Part shown: piece after piece, positions 49,050 through 58,421 of the stretch
Layout of the letters: the number at the start of each line of letters is the position of its first letter
How positions within the stretch are numbered: position 1 is the stretch's first letter
Assembly (NCBI GenBank): GCA_963746905.1
Contig: CAVVCY010000003.1
Coordinates: 629,014 to 693,013 of the forward strand
Direction: 5' to 3'
Length of the DNA: 64,000 bases
Source: an uncultured Acidobacteriota bacterium
GTDB lineage: Bacteria > Actinomycetota > Acidimicrobiia > Spongiisociales > ZC4RG35
Notes under the pieces: generated by a model
The model's input: only the letters and a program-made list of their open reading frames with translations
Told to the model about the DNA's origin: nothing
Database searches by the model: none
Translations under genes and position numbers: made by a program

Positions 49050-49422
49050 TTGATCGATAGTTTCTGGGACGTAATCCTTTGGATGTTGGCGTTCTTCGTG
49101 TTCGCCATGTTCTTCTGGCTCTTTGTCTCGGTTCTGGCAGACCTTTGGAGCGATCCGGACACCGGTGGAGGCGCCAAGGCGTTCTGGACGTTCTTCGTCG
49201 TGATCCTGCCCTGGCTCGGGATCCTGATCTATCTGATTGCACGTGGCGGCGGCATGGCCGAGCGCGCGCTGAAGAAGCAGCAGGCTCAGGAGGAATACAT
49301 CCGGCAAGGTTGCCGGTAGTGGAAGCTCGGCGTCCGAGCTGGCCGCTCTGTCCGACCTGAAGGCAAAGGGTGATCTGACTCAGGAGGAGTTCGACAAGGC
49401 AAAGGCCGCACTCCTCGCCTGA
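49050..49422 (+). pseudogene. PLDc_N-type small membrane protein with C-terminal SHOCT domain, frame interrupted once near 49308
   Basis: ORF 49050..49319 (two TM helices, WTFFVVILPWLGILIYLIARGG) stops at CR*. The +1 frame continues VAGSGSSASELAALSDLKAKGDLTQEEFDKAKAALLA* (SHOCT pattern), ending at 49422. Confidence 0.6.
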
Positions 49423-49443
49423 GAGAATCGCAACAATCGAATC

Positions 49444-49470
49444 GAAGGGCCCGGATATCTCGGGCCCTTC
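49444..49470 (+). terminator. Intrinsic terminator
   Basis: GAAGGGCCCG-GATATCT-CGGGCCCTTC, a perfect stem followed by TTGATTCT, located 22 nt after the SHOCT stop. Confidence 0.65.
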
Positions 49471-49535
49471 TTGATTCTGGCCTGACGGCCTTGGAGTTCG
49501 GGTAGCCTCCTGGCTTCCCCGAAACAGGAGCCGCG

Positions 49536-49916
49536 GTGCCAAAAACCGTCCCGGTCACCCCGTCCGCGCCAGGCGCAATGGGCCCTTACTCAGTTGTCAC
49601 CGAGGCCAACGGGTTCGTCTTCGTGTCAGGCCAGGTTGCCGTGGACCCAATAACCAAAGAGAGGGCACCCGAGGACGTCGAGGCGCAGACGAGCCTGGTC
49701 ATGACGAACATCACCTCGATTCTCGGTGATGTCGGGCTCGGCATCTCCGACATCGTGAAGACCACGATCTTCCTGGCCGACATCGAAGACTTTCCCAAGG
49801 TGAACGCGGTCTACGCCGGCTTCCTCGACCAGGAGCCGCCGGCGCGTTCCACGGTTCAAGCCGCTGCTCTCCCGGGTGGCTTCCTGGTGGAGATCGATGT
49901 GGTGGCTGCGCGATGA
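49536..49916 (+). CDS. ridA: RidA/YjgF family reactive-intermediate deaminase
   Basis: 126 aa with PGAMGPYSVVTEANGFVFVSGQV, ARSTVQAAALP and VEIDVVA. Confidence 0.85.
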   Translation: MPKTVPVTPSAPGAMGPYSVVTEANGFVFVSGQVAVDPITKERAPEDVEAQTSLVMTNITSILGDVGLGISDIVKTTIFLADIEDFPKVNAVYAGFLDQEPPARSTVQAAALPGGFLVEIDVVAAR

Positions 49917-51427
49917 ACAAGACTGACATCTTCGAGCGGCTGGGGCTCTCTGAGTCCAATTCCGGCGTCTTCGCCGGCGGGTGGCTCGAGGCGACCGGAG
50001 AGACGATCGAGGTGGTCAATCCGACGACTTCGGAAGCCCTGGCCACGGTCACCATGGCCTCTGTCGCCGACTACGAGAAAGTGGTCGCCAGCTCCGCTGA
50101 GACTTTCCAACGGTGGAAGGTGCTCCCGGCGCCAAAGCGCGGTGCGTATATACGGAGTCTCGGCGACGCGCTTCGCGACAACATCGATGCACTCGGGGCG
50201 TTGGTCACCCTCGAGGTGGGCAAGATCCTTCCCGAAGGGATCGGCGAGGTCCAGGAGATGGTCGACATCTGCGACTTCGCGGTCGGCCTCTCACGTCAGC
50301 TCTACGGCAACACCATGGCCTCCGAGCGCCCAAATCACCGCATGTACGAGCACTGGCACCCTCTGGGGCCGGTCGGGGTCATCTCGGCGTTCAACTTCCC
50401 GGTCGCCGTTTGGTCATGGAACTCTGCTCTCGCTGCGGTGTGCGGGGACACCGTGGTCTGGAAGCCGTCGGAGCGGACCCCGCTCAGCGCGATCGCAGTC
50501 ACCAGGATCGCCCAGGAGGTCATGGCCGGCAGCGGGTTTGAGGGGGTCTTCAACCTCGTGGTGGGGGATGGTGCAACCGTCGGCAACGCCATGAACGGCG
50601 ACGTCCGCCTGCCCCTCATCTCGGCTACCGGGTCTTGCAACATGGGGCGGATCGTCGGCCCCGCTGTCGCCCAGCGAATGGGCAGGACGATCCTGGAGCT
50701 GGGCGGCAACAACGCGGTGATCGTGATGGATGACGCCGACCTCGATCTGGCAGTCCGGGCGACACTGTTCTCGGCAGTCGGCACCGCCGGCCAACGCTGC
50801 ACCTCGCTACGCCGCCTTCTGGTTCACCGCGCCGTCTCGGACAAGATGATCGATCGCCTGGTCGAGGCCTATCGCCAGGTGAACATTGGCGATCCCCTGG
50901 TGCCGGGGACCCTGATGGGACCTCTGGTCAGCCAAGGGGCAGTCGAACAGATGATGAATGCCCTGGACATCGCCCGGGAGCAAGGGGGCCGGATCGTCAC
51001 CGGTGGCAACCGCATCGATCGTCCCGGATTCTTCGTCGAGCCCACCATCGCCGTGGTCCCAGCGGAGGCAACCATCACTCAGCAGGAGACTTTCGCGCCG
51101 ATCCTGTGGGTCATCGAGGTCGACACATTGGACGAGGCGATCCAGATCCAGAATGGCGTCACCCAGGGCCTCTCATCGGCGATATTCACCGAGTCGGTGC
51201 GGAATGCCGAGAAATTCCTCAGTGACGTCGGGTCAGATTGTGGGATCGCCAACGTCAACATCGGGACTTCCGGAGCCGAGATCGGCGGCGCATTCGGTGG
51301 GGAGAAGGAGACCGGTGGCGGCAGGGAGGCCGGATCCGACGCCTGGAAGGCGTACATGAGACGCCAGACGACGACGATCAATTGGGGCGACGATCTGCCC
51401 CTGGCCCAGGGGATCGAGTTCGGCTGA
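49913..51427 (+). CDS. Aldehyde dehydrogenase, ALDH7/piperideine-6-carboxylate dehydrogenase-like
   Basis: 504 aa with GEVQEMVDICDFAVGLSRQLYG, ELGGNNA and GTAGQRCTSLRR (catalytic Cys). The family call is firm; the subfamily call is from memory. Confidence 0.8.
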   Translation: MNKTDIFERLGLSESNSGVFAGGWLEATGETIEVVNPTTSEALATVTMASVADYEKVVASSAETFQRWKVLPAPKRGAYIRSLGDALRDNIDALGALVTLEVGKILPEGIGEVQEMVDICDFAVGLSRQLYGNTMASERPNHRMYEHWHPLGPVGVISAFNFPVAVWSWNSALAAVCGDTVVWKPSERTPLSAIAVTRIAQEVMAGSGFEGVFNLVVGDGATVGNAMNGDVRLPLISATGSCNMGRIVGPAVAQRMGRTILELGGNNAVIVMDDADLDLAVRATLFSAVGTAGQRCTSLRRLLVHRAVSDKMIDRLVEAYRQVNIGDPLVPGTLMGPLVSQGAVEQMMNALDIAREQGGRIVTGGNRIDRPGFFVEPTIAVVPAEATITQQETFAPILWVIEVDTLDEAIQIQNGVTQGLSSAIFTESVRNAEKFLSDVGSDCGIANVNIGTSGAEIGGAFGGEKETGGGREAGSDAWKAYMRRQTTTINWGDDLPLAQGIEFG

Positions 51428-51429
51428 GG

Positions 51430-52020
51430 ATGGACGCATCCGATTGGGACGAGAAGTACGGAGAAACGCACCGTCACTGGTCTCACACCCCGAACCTGTT
51501 CGTAGCCGACCGCCTCCACGACGCTGCCCCTGGCCGCGGCCTCGACCTCGGTGCCGGAGAGGGGAGAAACTCAGTCTGGCTGGCCTCACTGGGCTGGGAG
51601 ATGACCGCGGTCGACTTCTCCAGGGTGGCCATCGAGCGAGGTGTTGCTGACTCCGACGCCGTCGACTTCGTGGTCGCCGACGTGCGGGAGTGGGAGCCGG
51701 AGGGGAGATACGACCTCATCCTCATCGCCTATATCCACCTAACGGAGCCGGACCTCGAGAAGGTCGTCCGAAAGGCTCGGGAGTGGCTGACTCCGGGCGG
51801 TGAGCTTTTCATGATCGGGCACGACGTGAGCAACGTCGAGCACGGGCATGGCGGACCTCAGGATCCGGCGATCCTCTGGCACGTCGACGAGGTCTGTGAC
51901 TGGCTCGACGGGATGACGATCATCGAAGCCCAGGTAGTGCGGCGCCCATTTGATACCGAGGATGGCCGGGAGTTCGCTCGGGACGCTCTGATCCGGGCCC
52001 GGACCGCGGTGTCCGCCTAG
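51430..52020 (+). CDS. Class I SAM-dependent methyltransferase
   Basis: ORF 51238..52020 trimmed to ATG 51430 (MDASDWDEKY). SAM motif GLDLGAGEGRNSVWLA, followed by DLILIAY. Confidence 0.75.
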   Translation: MDASDWDEKYGETHRHWSHTPNLFVADRLHDAAPGRGLDLGAGEGRNSVWLASLGWEMTAVDFSRVAIERGVADSDAVDFVVADVREWEPEGRYDLILIAYIHLTEPDLEKVVRKAREWLTPGGELFMIGHDVSNVEHGHGGPQDPAILWHVDEVCDWLDGMTIIEAQVVRRPFDTEDGREFARDALIRARTAVSA

Positions 52021-53172
52021 TCAGAGCCTGTCCAGGGCACCGCCGAGGTCGGCGATCAGGTCCTCGACGTCCTCGAGGCCGACCGAGAGTCTCACCAACC
52101 CGTCGGTGATCCCTGCGGCGGCGCGTTCTGCGGCCGGCACTGCGGCGTGGGTCATGGTCACAGGATGGGTGATGAGCGACTCCACCGACCCCAGGTTCTC
52201 GGCGAGGCTCCACAGTTCCACCCCATCCATCAACTTCTTCCCCGACTCCAGGCCACCGTGGACCTCGAAGCACACCAGAGCCCCGAAACCGGTTGCCTGC
52301 CGTTTGGCCAGGTCGTGTTGAGGGTGAGAGGGAAGCCCGGGATAGTTGACGTAGTCGACCTTTGGGTGCCCCGCCAGCCAATCGGCGACCGCCATGGCAT
52401 TCGCTGATTGGCCATCCATCCGCTGACTGAGGGTCTTGACCCCCTGAAGCGTGAGCCAGGCAACCATCGGTGACATGACGAGGCCGGCAGCGATTCGGGC
52501 GAATGCGATCTTCTCCTGGAGGCCGGCGTCATCAACGACAACGACCCCGCCCAGAGTCGCGTTGTGCCCGTCGAGGAATTTGGTCGTCGAGTGGATGATC
52601 ACGTTTGCCCCAAGCTCGAACGGCCGTTGGAAGTAGGGGGTCAGGAACGTGTTGTCGGTCACGTGCAGGATTCCGGAATGCGAGCAGATGTCCGAGATCG
52701 CTCGGAGGTCGGTGAGCTTCAAGGTCGGGTTCGCCGGGGTCTCGGTGAAGATCATGCGAGTGGTTGGTCTGATGGCCGCGGCCACCGCCTCTGGATCAGC
52801 AGCATCCACGAAGGAGACATCCACCCCGAAGCGGGTCAGGAACTGGTCGGCGAATCGGTAAGTGCCGCCATAGACGACGTCTCCAATGACCACATGGTCA
52901 CCCGCTTTCAGCAAGGCGAGGAAGACTGCAACGGTGGCTGCCATCCCCGAGCCGTAGGCAGAGGCATCCACCCCGCCCTCGAGCGCGATCATCTTCTCCT
53001 CGAATGCGCGCACCGTGGGGTTCCCGGCTCGGCTGTAGGAGAAACCCTTGGCCATGTAGGCATCCACCGACTCCTGGACGAAGGTGGTCGACTGGTGGAT
53101 GGGAGTGAGAATGGCTCCCGTAGTCGGATCGGGCTCGACCCCGGCGTGTATCTGCTTGGTGCTAAATCCCAT
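52021..53172 (-). CDS. Cys/Met-metabolism PLP-dependent enzyme (cystathionine gamma-synthase / methionine gamma-lyase family)
   Basis: ORF trimmed to ATG 53172 (MGFSTKQIHAGVEPDPTTGAI..YSRAGNPT). PLP-Lys context HSTTKFLDGH. Confidence 0.8.
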   Translation of the reverse strand: MGFSTKQIHAGVEPDPTTGAILTPIHQSTTFVQESVDAYMAKGFSYSRAGNPTVRAFEEKMIALEGGVDASAYGSGMAATVAVFLALLKAGDHVVIGDVVYGGTYRFADQFLTRFGVDVSFVDAADPEAVAAAIRPTTRMIFTETPANPTLKLTDLRAISDICSHSGILHVTDNTFLTPYFQRPFELGANVIIHSTTKFLDGHNATLGGVVVVDDAGLQEKIAFARIAAGLVMSPMVAWLTLQGVKTLSQRMDGQSANAMAVADWLAGHPKVDYVNYPGLPSHPQHDLAKRQATGFGALVCFEVHGGLESGKKLMDGVELWSLAENLGSVESLITHPVTMTHAAVPAAERAAAGITDGLVRLSVGLEDVEDLIADLGGALDRL

Positions 53173-53179
53173 GTCGTTC

Positions 53180-53815
53180 CTAGCCAAACCGGTATCCCAC
53201 TGAGCGCACGGTCGTGATCCACGAGGACCGCTCCTCACCGAGCTTCGCCCGGAGGCGCCTGATATGGACATCGACGGTGCGGGCCCCGCCGTAGTAGTCG
53301 TAGCCCCATACCTTCGAGAGGAGCTGCTCCCGTGACCAGACCCGAACCGGATTGTCCACCAGAAAGCGGAGCAGCTCGTACTCCATGAATGTCATGTCGA
53401 GTGGCTCACCGGCCAGGCTCGCCTGATAGTTGAGCGGGTTGAGCTCGAGATCCTTGAACTTCACCAGGTTGTCGGCGGCTTCGGCCATGGTCAGCCGCTG
53501 TAGTCGGAGGCGAAGCTCCAGCGGGTCAACGGGGGCGGTGAGAAAGTCAGAGATCCCGGGTGTGCCATCGAGGAGTGCAAGGTGCTCGACCGAGGCCACG
53601 ACGATCACGGGGAGCCCGATGGTCTCGACGATGCGTGCCAGCTCCCGAAGTCGGCGCATGGGTTGGTCACCGAGCTCGACGAGGAGAAGGTCCGAGTCGT
53701 TGATCCGCCGATCCTCGGGCACCAGCTCTGGCGCCGGGGTCACAGTGGCGCCTCCCAGGGCCAGCCCGTCGGTCACGCTCTCAGAGCACTCGGCGGGGTG
53801 GACGGCGACGATCAC
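53180..53815 (-). CDS. glnR: GlnR-like orphan OmpR-family regulator (atypical receiver + winged helix)
   Basis: GTG 53815 overlaps the glnA stop (GTGA). C-terminus reads MTFMEYELLRFLVDNPVRVWSREQLLSKVWGYDYYGGARTVDVHIRRLRAKLG..TVRSVGYRF. The receiver has LLLVELGD where the phospho-Asp is expected. Confidence 0.65.
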   Translation of the reverse strand: MIVAVHPAECSESVTDGLALGGATVTPAPELVPEDRRINDSDLLLVELGDQPMRRLRELARIVETIGLPVIVVASVEHLALLDGTPGISDFLTAPVDPLELRLRLQRLTMAEAADNLVKFKDLELNPLNYQASLAGEPLDMTFMEYELLRFLVDNPVRVWSREQLLSKVWGYDYYGGARTVDVHIRRLRAKLGEERSSWITTVRSVGYRFG

Positions 53816-55137
53816 AGAACCGGAAGGTAGGTCTCGAGCTCGAACTGGGAAACGTGATGCTGGAAGCGATCCCACTCCCGGCGCTTGTTGCGGAGAAACC
53901 AATCGAAGACGTGCTCCCCAAGGGCCTCCGCCATCAACTCGGACTGTTCCAGCGTGTCCAAGGCCTCGGACAGGGTTTCGGGAAGCCGCTTCACACCGGC
54001 GGCGGCCCGCTCGGCAGGGGTGAGCCGGTGGATGTCGGCGGCGACCTCGGCCGGCAACTCGTAGCCCTCCCGGATTCCCTCAAGACCGGCGGCGAGGATG
54101 ACCGACAGTGCGAGGTAGGGGTTGCAGGCCGCATCCGCCGCCCGGTATTCGACGCGGACGCTCGACGGCTTGTTCTTCTTCACCGAAGGGACCCGGACCA
54201 GCGCCGACTGGTTGTTACGGGCCCAGGAGACGTAGATCGGTGCGTCGAAGCCCGCCACGAGGCGCTTGTAGGAGTTGACCCACTGATTGGTCACGGCGGT
54301 CAATTCGGCCGCATGGCGGAGGAGACCGGCGATGAATGCCTGGCCCACCTTGGAGAGGCCGCCAGGAGTACCTGGCTCGTGGAAGGCATTGACGTCGCCT
54401 TCGAACAGGGAAAGGTGGAGGTGCATCCCCGATCCGTCGTAGTCCTCCAACGGCTTGGGCATGAACGTCGCGTAGATCCCGTGCTGGAGAGCGACCTCTT
54501 TGACTGTGAGCCTCGATGTCATGATGTTGTCCGCCATCGTCAAGGCATCCGTGTAGCGGACGATGATCTCATGCTGGCTGGGTGCCACCTCATGGTGGGA
54601 GTGCTCGATGGGGATGCCCATGTGCTCGAGGGCATTGATCGTGTTTCGACGGTATTCCTGCGCCACGTCGAGCGGAGTCAGGTCGAAATAGCCGCCCCGG
54701 TCGAGAACCTCGGGGACCGGACCGGAGTCGCGAAAGTAGAAGAACTCCAATTCCGGAGCGGCGTAGAAGATGTATCCCATCTCCGATGCCTTCTCCAGGT
54801 TCCGCTTGAGGACGATGCGAGGATCGCCGGAGAATGGCTCGCCGTCGGGGGTGTAGATGTCACAGAACATCCGTGCCACCTGCTCCTCGGTCCGCCAAGG
54901 AAGGACCTGAAACGTGGAAGGGTCCGGCTTGGCCAGCATGTCGGCTTCCTGGATGCGGGCATATCCGTCAATGGATGAGCCGTCGAAGGTCATGCCCTCT
55001 TCGAAGGCAACCTCCAATTCGGTTGGCCCGATCGAGACCGACTTCAGAAATCCCTGAACGTCGGTGAACCAGAGTCTCACGAAGCGGATGCGGCGCTCCT
55101 CGACCGTTCTAAGGACGTATTCGGCTTGTTTGTTCAT
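53812..55137 (-). CDS. glnA: Glutamine synthetase, type I
   Basis: ORF trimmed to ATG 55137 (MNKQAEYVLRTVEERRIRFVRLWFTDVQGFLKS). Shows FDGSSIDGY, PELEFFYF and GSGMHLHLSLF. Confidence 0.9.
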   Translation of the reverse strand: MNKQAEYVLRTVEERRIRFVRLWFTDVQGFLKSVSIGPTELEVAFEEGMTFDGSSIDGYARIQEADMLAKPDPSTFQVLPWRTEEQVARMFCDIYTPDGEPFSGDPRIVLKRNLEKASEMGYIFYAAPELEFFYFRDSGPVPEVLDRGGYFDLTPLDVAQEYRRNTINALEHMGIPIEHSHHEVAPSQHEIIVRYTDALTMADNIMTSRLTVKEVALQHGIYATFMPKPLEDYDGSGMHLHLSLFEGDVNAFHEPGTPGGLSKVGQAFIAGLLRHAAELTAVTNQWVNSYKRLVAGFDAPIYVSWARNNQSALVRVPSVKKNKPSSVRVEYRAADAACNPYLALSVILAAGLEGIREGYELPAEVAADIHRLTPAERAAAGVKRLPETLSEALDTLEQSELMAEALGEHVFDWFLRNKRREWDRFQHHVSQFELETYLPVL

Positions 55138-55165
55138 CTTGAAATCCCGTCTGCCTGTCCCCACA

Positions 55166-56323
55166 TTATGAGACGCCTTGGCTCGGGAGGGAATCGCGGA
55201 TCTGCTCGCCACCCGAGAGGGTCATCCGGATGGTCACCAATGAGGCTGCCGCCGCCAGGCCGACCACCACACCCAACGCAGCCGGCAGGCTCGACCGGGC
55301 GGCGACGAAGCCGATCAATGCCGGGGCTGTCATGAATCCAAGTCGGGTCCCGACCGTGAGGGCCGCCAGTCCGGCACCCTCGGCGAACGTCGGGTGGGAC
55401 CCGGCGAGCTTATAGAGAACCGGAAGCACCACGGAGATCCCAAGCCCCCATATCGCGAAGCCGACCAGCGCCGTCGTGGTCGAGTCGGTGAGAACAACCA
55501 GAGCCATTGCGGATGCTGAGATCAGGATCCCGGCGACGACAGTGGGGATACCCTGAAACCGGTCGACGACATGGTCGCCGGCCATCCTTCCCACGAGCAT
55601 CCCTGCCGTGAACACGACCGCTGCGGTTCCGACAACAGCTCCCGCGGCACCGGTGACGTCAATCAGGAAGATGGCGCCCCAGTCCATCGGGGCACTCTCG
55701 ATCATCACCGCGGTGGCGCCCGCGAGAATGAGGCCAATCGCGATCCGACCTGATCTCTCGCCCGTGCCCCTCCGCGGAGCGGTGTCCGGCACCAACCGGG
55801 CGGCGAAGGCGATGACCACGAGACCAACGGACGACAGCGCGATGAGTTGTGGCCCGAGATCCACGCCGACGAGAACGGCCAGTGCGCTGAGGCCGGACCC
55901 GACCAGAGTGCCCAGACTCCAAAGACCGTGGAGGCGAGTCATGATCGAGTGGCCGACCGACTCCTCGACTCTGACACCCACCGCATTCATTCCGACGTCG
56001 GTCTGAGCGTCGACAAATCCGAGCGCTGCAAGGAGCGCCCCAAAGAGGAATGGAGTGGGCACAATTGCGATGAGGGGAAGCAGGCCGAACAGCACGAGAG
56101 ACCCAACCACTGCAGACCGCCTGGCCCCGATGCGCCCCAACAGGACCCCACTTACCGAGGACCCGAGGAGAGCCCCAAGGCCACCCAGAGCGAGAGTCAG
56201 ACCCAGGGTGTCGAGATCCATGGAGAGTCGGTCCCTGATCTCGGGGAGCCGTGGGATCCAGCTGCCGACGACGGCGCCGTTGGCCAGGAATATGAGTGCC
56301 ACTCCGGTGGTGGCGCGTTTCAC
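55166..56323 (-). CDS. MFS transporter
   Basis: 385 aa with about 12 TM helices and the loop motif GRIGARR between TM2 and TM3. Confidence 0.8.
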   Translation of the reverse strand: MKRATTGVALIFLANGAVVGSWIPRLPEIRDRLSMDLDTLGLTLALGGLGALLGSSVSGVLLGRIGARRSAVVGSLVLFGLLPLIAIVPTPFLFGALLAALGFVDAQTDVGMNAVGVRVEESVGHSIMTRLHGLWSLGTLVGSGLSALAVLVGVDLGPQLIALSSVGLVVIAFAARLVPDTAPRRGTGERSGRIAIGLILAGATAVMIESAPMDWGAIFLIDVTGAAGAVVGTAAVVFTAGMLVGRMAGDHVVDRFQGIPTVVAGILISASAMALVVLTDSTTTALVGFAIWGLGISVVLPVLYKLAGSHPTFAEGAGLAALTVGTRLGFMTAPALIGFVAARSSLPAALGVVVGLAAAASLVTIRMTLSGGEQIRDSLPSQGVS

Positions 56324-56350
56324 CGGAGTCAGAGCAGTGTCCCCGGTTCC

Positions 56351-56671
56351 TCAACCCACCCGACGGCGGGTAGCCAACCATTTGCGGCGGAGCGCCTTGC
56401 GGTCTTCCTCAGACGTCCCGCCCCAAATGCCGGCCTTCTGATTCGTCTCCAGAGCGAATTCCAGACAGTTGTCGGTCACCGGGCAGACGGCGCAGATCTC
56501 CTTGGCGCTGGCGATCGCCTCTTCCAGGTCGTCTCCCACGGGGAAGAAGACGGAATGGGGCAGGCCGGAGCACGCAGCCTCGTCACGCCAGTCAGCCACC
56601 ACCTCGAGGCTCAACTCGTAACGATTCTTGATCACTCCCCCGAGTTTGGTGGGATGACCCAGGTTTGCCAA
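56351..56671 (-). CDS. WhiB-family transcriptional regulator
   Basis: 106 aa with WRDEAACSG..CAVCPVTDNC..GIWGGTSEEDRKALRRKW. Confidence 0.85.
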   Translation of the reverse strand: MANLGHPTKLGGVIKNRYELSLEVVADWRDEAACSGLPHSVFFPVGDDLEEAIASAKEICAVCPVTDNCLEFALETNQKAGIWGGTSEEDRKALRRKWLATRRRVG

Positions 56672-56690
56672 GACCGCTGATTATTTGGAG

Positions 56691-57686
56691 TCAGGTCGTG
56701 GGCGGGAACCCATCATCGGCGTCCGGCTCTTCGTCCTCCGGCTGTACCGCTTCCCCCACGACGTCTTCGTCGGGCTGAGCCTCGGCTACGGCCCCGGCCG
56801 CGGCAGCACCGGCCGCAGAGCCGGCCGCGCCATCGCTTGACTCGTTGACCGCAGGCCCATCGGGCACCGTCTCCTCCGGCACCACGTCCGCCATGCGAGT
56901 GCGTCGCATTGCAATTGCGATCAAGGTGATCAGGGAGATGAGCGCCAATCCGGCCGCGATCTGAGAGATCAGGGTGTCGAAGAAGTCGGCGGTGAGACGC
57001 ACAAAGGCGAAGCCGTCACATGCGCCACCATCACCTTCGATGTCGCCACCGACCTCGACAACTCCACGAATCTGTTGGCCCGATATCGAGGTCACTTCCT
57101 CGACATAGACCGAGATGTCGGGGACATCGCCAGAGTTCTCCAGGTTTTGGTCAGCGTTGGAGTCACTGCCTTGGGCGAGGACGACCTGAAACCCACCGAC
57201 ATCCACCCAGATCTCCCAGGTGTGATCTGTGATCGGTTCGGGAGATGTTGCAGACCAGGAGAGGCCGCCTTCCGGATCCACCTCGAAGGGGTCCTGGCGG
57301 GTGGTATCGGTCATGATCGTGCTGTCGACATCTGACTGGGCTTCGACGGTGCACCCGCCATTCAGCTCCCCATGCTGATCGAGCTGAGTGAGGCCGGTTG
57401 CCCCCCATCCGATCATTGCCACGGCGAGGACCAGCGGCACCACGGAGGAGAATCCCGAAACGCTTTCCCGTCCCCAGCCCGTGAGCAGGATCCCGATCAG
57501 GCCGAACAAGCCGGCGAAGCCAAATAGCAGGAGCCGGTCCAGCGGCCAGACGCCTGCCTGTTGCAGGATGACCGCCAGGGAGATGCCGAGGAGCATGCCG
57601 AGCAGCAAGCCGCTCCAAGGGCGGGCCCTGGTCTGGACCCGGACCTTCTGCGTTCCGTTGGCTGCGCTCTCTGATCCGTTGGACAT
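56691..57686 (-). CDS. Hypothetical membrane protein with acidic C-terminal tail
   Basis: 331 aa with 3 N-terminal TM helices, an extracytoplasmic domain, one further TM helix, then an Ala/Asp/Glu-rich tail. No motif recognised. Confidence 0.5.
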   Translation of the reverse strand: MSNGSESAANGTQKVRVQTRARPWSGLLLGMLLGISLAVILQQAGVWPLDRLLLFGFAGLFGLIGILLTGWGRESVSGFSSVVPLVLAVAMIGWGATGLTQLDQHGELNGGCTVEAQSDVDSTIMTDTTRQDPFEVDPEGGLSWSATSPEPITDHTWEIWVDVGGFQVVLAQGSDSNADQNLENSGDVPDISVYVEEVTSISGQQIRGVVEVGGDIEGDGGACDGFAFVRLTADFFDTLISQIAAGLALISLITLIAIAMRRTRMADVVPEETVPDGPAVNESSDGAAGSAAGAAAAGAVAEAQPDEDVVGEAVQPEDEEPDADDGFPPTT

Positions 57687-57786
57687 GCTGTTCCTCCTAG
57701 AAGCAGAAATCTACGCCACTGCGCTGCAGGGTCGTTGGCAAGACCTGTGGCCGTTGGCTCGTCGTCGGGATAGCCTTTCGTTCTCG

Positions 57787-58404
57787 ATGCCCCGTATCCG
57801 TGCAGCCTCGATCGACGAGCACAAGGCGCTCACCAGGAGCGCTCTCCTCGACGCGGCCAAAACCCTGATTCATGATGCCGGCACCGCCGACCTCCCTTTG
57901 GGCGAGATCGCCCTGGCTGCAGGAGTTGGCAGAACCACCCTCTACGACTATTTCGACGATCGCGACGACCTCATCGCCACCCTTGTCGAGGAAGAGCTGC
58001 CCGGCGTGGTCAATTCCCTAATTGGAGCGGTTCCCACCGGTGGTGACGCTCCGGAGCGGCTAGCCGACCTCGCCTGTCGAACGGTCGAGTTCGTGATCAA
58101 TGACCCGGTGCTCGGTGTGATCCTGCACCGCGAGGTGGGACGCATGGGACCGGAGGCTGAAGTCAGGATTCGGGCAGCCCATGCCACACTGGCTGACGCC
58201 ATGGTCGGGCTTTATCACGCCGGAGTGGCGTCAGGAGAGTTTCGATCGATGCCCCCGGACCTGGCGGGGCGTCTGATCCAGGACTCGATCATGTCGGCGG
58301 CCCGCACCGTGCTCTCGGCGGCGTCGCCGCAGGATCGCGTCGAGTCGGTGACCATGCATCTTCGCCAATTCCTACTTGGTGGCTTTAGGGTCGAGCCCCG
58401 TTAA
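57787..58404 (+). CDS. TetR-family transcriptional regulator
   Basis: ORF 57388..58404 trimmed to ATG 57787 (MPRIRAASIDEHKAL..). HTH motif LGEIALAAGVGRTTLYDYF. Confidence 0.8.
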   Translation: MPRIRAASIDEHKALTRSALLDAAKTLIHDAGTADLPLGEIALAAGVGRTTLYDYFDDRDDLIATLVEEELPGVVNSLIGAVPTGGDAPERLADLACRTVEFVINDPVLGVILHREVGRMGPEAEVRIRAAHATLADAMVGLYHAGVASGEFRSMPPDLAGRLIQDSIMSAARTVLSAASPQDRVESVTMHLRQFLLGGFRVEPR

Positions 58405-58421
58405 CCGATCGGAACAGAGTC

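Noticed and set aside
56620-56635. Exact 12-mer TCGTAACGATTC shared between 9859-9870 and the whiB coding region at 56.6 kb.
   Set aside because: Both copies lie in coding sequence. Exact 12-mer pairs are expected many times by chance in 2 x 64 kb, so it does not count as evidence for the CGTAACG motif.
57687-57786. Direct repeat CGTTGGC..N17..CGTTGGC in the divergent region upstream of the TetR gene, considered as a possible operator.
   Set aside because: It is only a 7-nt repeat and not palindromic as TetR operators usually are, so it is too weak to call.
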